Shown piece after piece: positions 1-6,638 of a stretch of 7,124 nucleotides of DNA. Position numbers and translations under genes: made by a program. How positions within the stretch are numbered: the first letter of the stretch is position 1; every line of letters begins with the position of its first letter. The notes below the pieces were generated by a model. That model was not told the origin of the DNA, searched no databases, and saw nothing but the letters and a program-made list of their open reading frames with translations. The DNA comes from Vitrella brassicaformis CCMP3155 (Eukaryota; Protista; Chromerida). The stretch is from contig CDMY01000987.1 of assembly GCA_001179505.1 (NCBI GenBank), positions 1 to 7,124 of the forward strand. Reading direction: 5' to 3'.

Positions 1-10
1 ATGAGTGCAG

Positions 11-316
11 GGCGTGATAATGACTCTGATCGGCATTTTCTGGTACACCCATCTGAAGCTCCAAGCAGCCTCCGAGCCCAAACAGAGCAAATCGCCCCAC
101 CAACAGAACAAACTTGTCAACAAGGACGGCGCCCACAAGGAGGAGCGTGAGCTAACGGAAAGGGACCACAGCAACGTCTCGACCGAGGCGGGCTCCCCTT
201 TGGCCAACGACGAGGAGCTGGGGGGCTCCAGCGACGAAGACACACAGATGCTGATCGCACACCACAGGGGGGAGGGGGGCATCAGCCCACACGGCGGCCC
301 GGGGAGGGAGAAATGA
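11..316 (+). CDS. Terminal coding exon of an SLC35E3-like / TPT-family (DMT superfamily) nucleotide-sugar transporter; upstream exons lie outside the window
   Basis: CAG acceptor at 8-10, then GVIMTLIGIFWYTHLKLQ. From memory this matches the last TM helix of human SLC35E3 (GILCTLFGILAYTHFKLSE). A hydrophilic acidic tail follows to TGA 314-316, with G/C-ending codons. The ORF track's GTG start at 5 is probably intron sequence. Confidence 0.75.
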   Translation, partial: GVIMTLIGIFWYTHLKLQAASEPKQSKSPHQQNKLVNKDGAHKEERELTERDHSNVSTEAGSPLANDEELGGSSDEDTQMLIAHHRGEGGISPHGGPGREK

Positions 317-1208
317 ATAACCTGCCTTCGGTTGACCGAGCGATGGACACTAGGAAGGTGCTGGCTGGCTGGTTGGCTGGTTGATGAGACAGGGGAGGGG
401 GGGAGGGGGGGAGGGAGGGAAGGGTGTTTGCTGTGTATATACATGACATGCACATGGATATCTAACGACTGACTGACTGACTGACTGTGTATACGTACGG
501 ATGCCTGTTGGCTGCAATGCAATTGGGGGCGGCGTGACGGACGGACGGATGGATGGATGGATGGCCGGAGCGACCAATTCAATCGGGATGGAGGGAGGGT
601 GGTCTATGTAGCTATCCAGTGACCGCACTGGCAGACAGACAGACAGGGTGGGGAAAGTGATCCGTGAGTACTATGTATGTATGTATGTATGTATTGATAA
701 GTCGGCAGGCATTGCGCTGAATGGGCCGCATTAATTGCCGCGTTTTTCTGTTGTCGATCGACACAAACAAACAAACTTGGATACCTACCTACTTGTACTT
801 GTCCGTCCATGTAGCTAGGCGATCTGCTCACTCACTGGCTCCTTCCTTGTCTGTCTGTCTATGCTCTGCTGCGCTGTGTATCTCTCTATCTACTTCTGCC
901 CGTCCTCCCAGGCTGCTGGCAGCTATGTGGGTGTGCGGATACACTCACTGGCGGCTGCAAGTTAGCTAGCTACAGAGTCTGTGAGAGTGTGTGTGTGGGC
1001 AGTGCACTGGTGGGAGGGAGGGAGGCGTGTGTATCTTTCCACCTGCAAAGCCATCCAGCTCCTTTCCTGCCTGCCTGCCTGCCTGCCTGCCTGTCTGCCT
1101 AACCTGACGTGGGGGGGAAGTTTGTACTCGTGTGTGGGTGTGAGTACGGATCGGACCTGCCGACTCTATCTATCATGTGGATGCCTTCATTCCACATGAA
1201 CGTTCGTT
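155..1208 (+). repeat. Segmental direct repeat, copy 1 (~1.05 kb)
   Basis: Collinear with 2321-3331; 691-918 is identical to 2841-3068. Differences are mostly microsatellite copy number. A further GTCTGCC match (1228-1234 vs 3332-3338) follows a 19-nt indel. Confidence 0.97.
350..1100. repeat. Microsatellite-rich 3' UTR/intergenic tract: (GCTG), G/GA runs, (GACT)5, (ACGG)3(ATGG)4, (CAGA), (TATG)5, (CAAA), (GCCT)n
   Basis: Seen directly, e.g. (GACT)5 at 467-486. Copy 2 has (GACT)4, (ATGG)6 and (TATG)3. Confidence 0.95.
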
Positions 1209-1892
1209 CGTATGCGTGCGCCTACGTGTCTGCCGTGTGCTCCTGCACACGCGCACTCACGAAATTCGCAAACCCTACGCATAATTAGGGTTTGGGGTGT
1301 AGGGTTTGCGAGCTCAGATGCGCAGGGAAACATACACGCGCCAAACCCATAGATCAGCAGCAGAGAGGGGCACAGGAAGGCCGCACACACAGCCAGGAGC
1401 AGCCAGAAGGTCACATCTCTGCTGCTGACTGGCCTTTGTGTCTGTCTATGTCAGGAGATGGCCGCATTGCGCCAAGACGGCTGACTCCGTCCTGGTGACC
1501 CACAACAAACTTACCATCGACTTCATTACGAAAAGGTCAGTATTCGTTAACACACGGCCTCCTGACACCATCTGCTTCGTTTGCTTGAGACGTAATTGTG
1601 TGTGGCTGACCAGATGGCCGCCCAGTGCGTGCGCTTGGTGGATGCATCGCAGGCTCATTTGGTGCCAGAGGATTGCATTGCCCTTGATGAGAGGATTGCT
1701 GTCTGTGTGCCGATTGGATTGCCCTCGCACAGCGGAACTTCTCTCTGAGCCTGTAGGGCCACCCTTGTCGGCCACCTGCAGGCCTGCAGAGACCTGATAG
1801 ACAAGATCCAAGACCTTTCTGGGCTTGGTTCGCACACACTACTGACCAATATACCATCGAGAAATTTTCACCTCCTCACTTGACCCCGTCAG
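1187..1892 (-). pseudogene. Putative intron-containing gene of unknown function with an in-frame TAG; encodes a predicted hydrophobic TM segment
   Basis: One frame reads LTGSSEEVKISRWYIGQ*(TAG 1841-1839)CVRTKPRKVLDLVYQV...VLTNTDLFVMKSM with many G/C-ending codons, up to a GTAAGT donor at 1514. A candidate 73-nt intron (1514-1442) has a CTGAC branch-like motif and CAG acceptor. It joins in frame to TFWLLLAVCAAFLCPSLLLIYGFG (high GC3), with a stop at 1189-1187. An alternative acceptor (TAG, 1446) would change the frame. No family recognised. Confidence 0.4.
1266..1311. repeat. Interstitial telomere-like (telo-box) motifs forming a 13-bp perfect inverted repeat
   Basis: TCGCAAACCCTAC (1266-1278) is the reverse complement of GTAGGGTTTGCGA (1299-1311). 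There is a 7-nt-period run TTAGGG TTTGGGG TGTAGGG TTT at 1285-1307 and AAACCCTA at 1270-1277. Confidence 0.85.
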
Positions 1893-2020
1893 CCGCCCAC
1901 ACACACACTGGTTCCCAGACCCACTGGCACCCTCTCTCTCTCCCTGTGTGTATGTGTGTGTGGTTGGCTGGTGCGTGCTGGTGCGTGGCGTGCCCCCATG
2001 TAGGAGTCTCTGCAGTGCAC

Positions 2021-2320
2021 NNNNNNNNNNNNNNNNNNNNNNNNNNNNNNNNNNNNNNNNNNNNNNNNNNNNNNNNNNNNNNNNNNNNNNNNNNNNNNNN
2101 NNNNNNNNNNNNNNNNNNNNNNNNNNNNNNNNNNNNNNNNNNNNNNNNNNNNNNNNNNNNNNNNNNNNNNNNNNNNNNNNNNNNNNNNNNNNNNNNNNNN
2201 NNNNNNNNNNNNNNNNNNNNNNNNNNNNNNNNNNNNNNNNNNNNNNNNNNNNNNNNNNNNNNNNNNNNNNNNNNNNNNNNNNNNNNNNNNNNNNNNNNNN
2301 NNNNNNNNNNNNNNNNNNNN
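2021..2320. other. Assembly gap (300 N; true size unknown)
   Basis: Run of N. ORF-track entries spanning it are artefacts. Confidence 1.
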
Positions 2321-2482
2321 ACGGAGAGGGACCACAGCAACGTCTCGACCGAGGCGGGCTCCCCTTTGGCCAACGACGAGGAGCCGGGGGGCTCCAGCGA
2401 CGAAGACACACAGATGCTGATCGCACACCACAGGGGGGAGGGGGGCATCAGCCCACACGGCGGCCCGGGGAGGGAGGAATGA
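2321..2482 (+). CDS. Second copy of the 3' part of the same transporter exon (TERDHSNV...GPGREE*), 5' end hidden in the gap
   Basis: Aligns to 155-316 with 3 substitutions: GAA>GAG (synonymous), CTG>CCG (L>P), AAA>GAA (K>E). TGA at 2480-2482. It may be a paralog fragment or an allele. Confidence 0.65.
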   Translation, partial: TERDHSNVSTEAGSPLANDEEPGGSSDEDTQMLIAHHRGEGGISPHGGPGREE

Positions 2483-3331
2483 ATGACCTGCCTTCGGTTG
2501 ACCGAGCGATGGACACTAGGAAGGTGCTGGCTGGTTGGTTGGCTGGTTAATGAGACAGGGGAGGGAGGGAGGGGTGTTTGCTGTGTATATACATGACATG
2601 CACATGGATATCTAACGACTGACTGACTGACTGTGTATACGTACGGATGCCTGTTGGCTGCAATGCAATTGGGGGCGGCGTGACGGACGGACGGATGGAT
2701 GGATGGATGGATGGATGGCCGGAGCGACCAATTCAATCGGGATGGAGGGAGGGTGGTCTATGTAGCTATCCAGTGACCGCACTGGCAGACAGACAGACAG
2801 ACAGGGTGGGGAAAGTGATCCGTGAGTACTATGTATGTATGTATTGATAAGTCGGCAGGCATTGCGCTGAATGGGCCGCATTAATTGCCGCGTTTTTCTG
2901 TTGTCGATCGACACAAACAAACAAACTTGGATACCTACCTACTTGTACTTGTCCGTCCATGTAGCTAGGCGATCTGCTCACTCACTGGCTCCTTCCTTGT
3001 CTGTCTGTCTATGCTCTGCTGCGCTGTGTATCTCTCTATCTACTTCTGCCCGTCCTCCCAGGCTGCTGCGGCTATGTGGGTGTGCGGATACACTCACTGG
3101 CGGCTGCAAGTTAGCTACGAGTCTGTGAGTGTGTGGGCAGTGTGAGGGACGGAGGGAGGGAGGGAGGCGTGTGTGTATCCAGCTCCCTCCCTGCCTGCCT
3201 GTCTGTCTGTCTGTCTGCCTAACCTGCCGTGGGGGGGAAGTTTGTACTCGTGTGTGGGTGTGTTGTGTGAGTACGGATCGGACCTGCCGACTCTATCATG
3301 TGGATGCATTCATTCCACATCAACGTTCGTT
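2321..3331 (+). repeat. Segmental direct repeat, copy 2 (~1.0 kb), starting exactly at the gap edge
   Basis: Direct alignment to 155-1208. Confidence 0.97.
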
Positions 3332-3400
3332 GTCTGCCACCCTTATTACCTCTCTCGCCACCCGATCAAACACCATTCTCTACTCCGCCCTGCACAAACC

Positions 3401-3438
3401 GCGTCCCGCTGCACATCCGTCTGCTCCTACACGAGGGG
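3401..3438. repeat. 38-bp dispersed direct repeat, copy A (partner 4554-4591)
   Basis: GCGTCCCGCTGCACATCCGTCTGCTCCT(A/T)CACGAGGGG, 37/38 identical. Confidence 0.95.
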
Positions 3439-4015
3439 TGTGTGTGGACGTGGTCGGTGTGTGTGGACATTATGAATGATGCCTCAGACTCGTTGTTGGC
3501 CGCACGACTTGTTGATGAAAGGCACAGAGGCCGCGACAGTCTGTGGTCAGAAGGCAGTCCTTTTATCTACGCTACAGCAGTCCTTCATCAAAAGTCCTTC
3601 AAAGACAGACAATCGATGCTAACAAACACGACAAGCTAACAACACAGATGCTCAACAAGGGTTGTCACCCCATAAGAGCCCCGTCTATCAGCGCCATGCA
3701 ATCCACCGCCGCATGTCCACAAGAAGGCGACCGTTTCGAGTTTACTCGAGATCCCCGCCGTCGCCACTCCATTGCCGTGGCCTCCCTCTGGGTGGCTCAC
3801 GGGCTGGAGTGCGTGGTGTACATCTTGCTCCTGCTCCCATAGAAAAATGATGGCAGATCAGCTGCCGACAGGTGGATGCAGCCGAGGCAGACGCCTCAAG
3901 GCCGCCCAGCCAATGCCGACACACCACAGAAATCTTGAAAAAAGAGGCCTCGGTCCTACAGAACAGTCAAGGAGGTGAAAGGGAGGAAGTGTCTCTCCGT
4001 ATTGAGTCGGCACGC

Positions 4016-4053
4016 CCTCTCGGTTGTGCCTCTCGGTTGTCCCTCCTCGGTTG
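4016..4053. repeat. Three ~13-bp tandem units CCTC(T/CT)CGGTTG
   Basis: CCTCTCGGTTGT at 4016-4027 and 4029-4040, and CCTCCTCGGTTG at 4042-4053. Confidence 0.85.
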
Positions 4054-4077
4054 CAGGTGTGGGTCATCCCATGGGTC

Positions 4078-4145
4078 GGACGGCCGCAGCCATCCGGCCC
4101 GCGGACGGAGGGGACGACCGCAGCCATCCGGCCCGCGGACGGAGG
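4078..4145. repeat. 34-bp tandem duplication (2 copies, 33/34 identical)
   Basis: GGACG(G/A)CCGCAGCCATCCGGCCCGCGGACGGAGG at 4078-4111 and 4112-4145. Confidence 0.95.
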
Positions 4146-4229
4146 AGAGCCGCCTTGGGGGATTACTCGGACACTGGGTAGCGACTGGCGAGGGGCGGGA
4201 GACGGTGGGGCGGGACACACCATCCAGCA

Positions 4230-4290
4230 CTGAACGACAAAAGAAAGACAAAGAGACACACATGCAGAGAGACAGTATGGCTACACCTAC
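4230..4290 (-). other. Spliceosomal GT-AG intron, 61 nt
   Basis: Minus strand reads GAG|GTAGGT...CTCTTTGTCTTTCTTTTGTCGTTCAG|TG. Donor, polypyrimidine tract and acceptor are present, and phase-1 splicing joins two G/C-ending-codon frames. Confidence 0.7.
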
Positions 4291-4553
4291 CTCGCTCAGA
4301 GGCTGATGCGTTGTAGGTTCGGTGTGTCTGATCCTCCACCTTGCCCCCATCGCCCTTCCTGCCCTCCACAGACCCCTTCCTCTGTCCGGGGTACAGCTTC
4401 AGATTGCCCGTCCTCACATTCTTGGTCTCCGCCGCTATCATGCCCTTTGCCGGCACAGCCACACCCACACCAGCGGACGGGCGAAGGGGGATGGTGGGCT
4501 CCTCCTGCTGCTGCTGTTGCTGGACGGTGGGCGACTTGACCTTGGGAGAAAGT

Positions 4554-4591
4554 GCGTCCCGCTGCACATCCGTCTGCTCCTTCACGAGGGG
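4554..4591. repeat. 38-bp dispersed direct repeat, copy B
   Basis: Lies in the minus-strand coding-like segment LVKEQTDVQRDA; 37/38 identical to 3401-3438. Confidence 0.95.
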
Positions 4592-4923
4592 CGTCGACCA
4601 TTATCACGTCACCGTCCTCATCCACTGGGGTCATGTGCTCGTCATGCGTATTCTCGGTCGGACGCATTGGTGACATTGGCGTTGGCCAGGGCCGATGGTG
4701 GGCGACAATGGTGATAGAGATGGTGCACGGCGTGGCGAAGGCCGGGCCGGTGTATGCGGCGTCGTGGGTGAATTGCCATAACGGTGGCGGCATTGCATGG
4801 TGGGAGGCGTGCTGGTCTTCGTCAATGGCGTGGCACGAGAGAAGTTACCAAGATGAGAATAAATGAAGCTCCCGAAAGGAAGTGGCACACTATAGAGCCG
4901 CCGATTGGCAGAGATGGGAATGC

Positions 4924-4961
4924 ATGAGAGATGAGAATGAGATGAGAATGAGAATGAGATG
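4924..4961. repeat. Imperfect (ATGAG/ATGAGA)n microsatellite
   Basis: atgagagatgagaatgagatgagaatgagaatgagatg seen directly. Confidence 0.9.
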
Positions 4962-4990
4962 TACGGTACACTGTAGAGCGGGTCCTGAAT

Positions 4991-5082
4991 GCCGTCGATC
5001 TTGACCGCCGGGCGCCGCCGTCGATCTGAGGGCCTGAGCTTAAGCGCCGTCGATCTTAAATGCCGTCATCTCTGCCGTCGAT
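4991..5082. promoter_or_regulatory. Cluster of five GCCGTC(G)AT motifs, possibly cis-regulatory or a subterminal repeat array
   Basis: Same-orientation copies at 4991, 5017 and 5046 (GCCGTCGATCT), 5062 (GCCGTCATC) and 5074 (GCCGTCGATA), with irregular spacers. The function is inferred only. Confidence 0.35.
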
Positions 5083-5095
5083 AAGCTTAAATGGA

Positions 5096-5124
5096 TTTAG
5101 GGTTTAGGTTATAGGGTCAGGGTT
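5096..5124 (+). repeat. Degenerate interstitial telomere-like array
   Basis: TTTAGGG TTTAGGT TATAGGG TCAGGG TT, matching the TTTAGGG telomere unit of plants and several apicomplexans. Confidence 0.85.
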
Positions 5125-5426
5125 CGAAAGCCGTAAATTGGCTCGGAAAAGCTCACGACATTCACAACGCCCGCCAGACCTAGTTCACCTAGGTGAGCCG
5201 CTTCACCTGGTCAGCTGCCTGGGCGCCCATGGTTCCATGCGGAGAGGAACAATTTACTGGCTCACGAATTGCGTGCGGAGGCCCCTTGCCGTGCGTGCCC
5301 TCGCGTTTCACAAACCCGAACGCCATCACACGGACAAACATTCAGCTATCCAGACCCAGCCCAACGACAAAAGTCACTGTCTCCCCCCATCAACGCTAAC
5401 ATTACATGACCAGTTTCGGCCACTCA

Positions 5427-6638
5427 CTATTCGCCAATCTGCACCCCACAGTTAGCCGCCATCATTCGCACATGCGACTCGTTCAGCGACAGGGCGAACC
5501 GCCGCATCATGCCGCCGTGCCGCACACTCGAGTCGAGGTGCAACCGCAGCGACCACATGGTGAGGTCGCTGCTGTCGTCCTCCTCTCCCTCTCCCTCCTC
5601 ACCAATCACTTCTGCATTATCATCTGCAGTTGGCGGGGGTGCGTCGTATGGCGAGGCGAGGCGGTCGGGCGGCTNNNNNNNNNNNNNNNNNNNNNNNNNN
5701 NNNNNNNNNNNNNNNNNNNNNNNNNNNNNNNNNNNNNNNNNNNNNNNNNNNNNNNNNNNNNNNNNNNNNNNNNNNNNNNNNNNNNNNNNNNNNNNNNNNN
5801 NNNNNNNNNNNNNNNNNNNNNNNNNNNNNNNNNNNNNNNNNNNNNNNNNNNNNNNNNNNNNNNNNNNNNNNNNNNNNNNNNNNNNNNNNNNNNNNNNNNN
5901 NNNNNNNNNNNNNNNNNNNNNNNNNNNNNNNNNNNNNNNNNNNNNNNNNNNNNNNNNNNNNNNNNNNNNNNNNNAGAGTGTGTGTGGAGGGCCCTTTCTC
6001 TCCTCCGGGACATCAACATCACTGGCGCCAATCACCATCGCCCTCTCTTGGCCTTGTTGTTGTTGCCCGTCGGCCACCGGCTCTCCCCGCCCGTCTGCCA
6101 CTGACTGCTCTCTCTCAGCAGGCACATCCGGGGGGCTTTCAATTTCCAGCGCAGCATCCGTCAGAAGAAGCACGTCGCTGTCAATCTCGATGTCGCTGCC
6201 CCCGCCACCATCACCCTCCCCGTCTGCATCCTCTCCCAGCAGGCCCTCGTGATCGTCTTCTTGCACAGTGATGCCGAAGTACTCCATCGATGGCGACAGA
6301 CGGATCGCCAGCCGAGACGACAGTGGCTCGGCCGCCTCTCTAAAGGGGTCCGTCGGGTCGTCAAAATGAGCTTTGACAGATATCTCCACGATAGGCAGCC
6401 ACCGGACGCACCGCCAGCCTCCATACCTCCTGCCATCGTCCCTTGCTGCCGCAGACCTGTCGACTCTTGGCCGCTTGGCACACCTGTTTTGCGGGCCCCT
6501 TGTGGGTGGGAAGGTGCCGGGGGGCGGAGGGATGAGCCTCTTGTTGCCATCGCCAGGGTGGATCCACAATGCAGCTGAGAAACGGCCTGGGATGTCACAA
6601 GATCGAATGGGTGCATGGGACGGTTTGTGCGCTGTCAC
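5427..6638 (-). CDS. Hypothetical acidic low-complexity protein (3' part of a larger locus, interrupted by the gap)
   Basis: Long open frame on both sides of the gap with G/C-ending codons. It contains ordered-looking segments (WRCVRWLPIVEISVKAHFDDPTDPFREAAEPLSSRLAIRLSPSMEYFGITV; DLTMWSLRLHLDSSVRHGGMMRRFALSLNESHVRMM) and D/E-rich linkers. TAG at 5429-5427 overlaps a possible GTGAGT donor, so the 3' end is uncertain. No family recognised. Confidence 0.6.
   Translation of the reverse strand: MTAHKPSHAPIRSCDIPGRFSAALWIHPGDGNKRLIPPPPGTFPPTRGPQNRCAKRPRVDRSAAARDDGRRYGGWRCVRWLPIVEISVKAHFDDPTDPFREAAEPLSSRLAIRLSPSMEYFGITVQEDDHEGLLGEDADGEGDGGGGSDIEIDSDVLLLTDAALEIESPPDVPAEREQSVADGRGEPVADGQQQQGQERAMVIGASDVDVPEERKGPPHTLXXXXXXXXXXXXXXXXXXXXXXXXXXXXXXXXXXXXXXXXXXXXXXXXXXXXXXXXXXXXXXXXXXXXXXXXXXXXXXXXXXXXXXXXXXXXXXXXXXXXXPPDRLASPYDAPPPTADDNAEVIGEEGEGEEDDSSDLTMWSLRLHLDSSVRHGGMMRRFALSLNESHVRMMAANCGVQIGE
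5675..5974. other. Assembly gap (300 N; true size unknown)
   Basis: Run of N inside the minus-strand coding-like region. Confidence 1.

Larger units (their letters stand above)
3742..4844 (-). pseudogene. Frameshifted, intron-containing gene of unknown function (low-complexity, P/S/T/Q-rich product)
   Basis: A G/C-ending codon frame runs from ~4844 (ATG 4793; ...PVDEDGDVIMVDA). It switches at the CCCC run 4591-4588 to LVKEQTDVQRDALSPKVKSPTVQQQQQQEEP...ASER, followed by a clear intron 4290-4230 and then VLDGVSRPTV.... A 34-bp tandem duplication (4078-4145) breaks the frame again. A further polypyrimidine tract and AG acceptor occur at ~3990-3956. The 3' limit is uncertain. Confidence 0.5.

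Noticed and set aside
350-1199. Short ORFs in the microsatellite tracts (and equivalents at 2612-3309)
   Set aside because: Their translations are repeat-derived (SQSV, HPSI, LPAC, YIH) and the frames differ between the two copies.
1266-1311. Telomere-telomere fusion scar
   Set aside because: A fusion gives G-rich then C-rich repeats; here the order is C-rich then G-rich and only ~4 units are present.
2008-2017. CTCTGCAGTG as an inverted partner of the CACTRTAGAG motif
   Set aside because: It lies on the wrong side to close an element starting at 4888/4969, has a mismatch, and shows no subterminal repeats.
1839-2736. Long ORFs spanning the first N gap
   Set aside because: They are artefacts of N translated as X, and the real gap size is unknown.
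3975-4056. Plus-strand 82-nt GT-AG intron joining ORFs 3772/3872 to downstream sequence
   Set aside because: The minus strand has better codon bias and a stronger intron here, so the plus-strand ORFs look like GC-rich antisense shadows.
4991-5082. CRISPR-like repeat-spacer array
   Set aside because: The repeats are only 9-11 bp, spacers are short and unequal, the context is eukaryotic, and there are no cas genes.
5121-5132. GGTTCGAAAGCC as a tRNA T-loop / Pol III B-box
   Set aside because: It fails GTTCRANNC at the last base, and there is no A-box or cloverleaf.
5185-5196. 12-bp palindrome TCACCTAGGTGA
   Set aside because: About one such palindrome is expected by chance in a window this size.
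1256-5270. CTCACGAA(A)TT near both telomere-like arrays (1256 and 5261)
   Set aside because: It is a gapped 10-mer at inconsistent distance and side relative to the arrays, compatible with chance.
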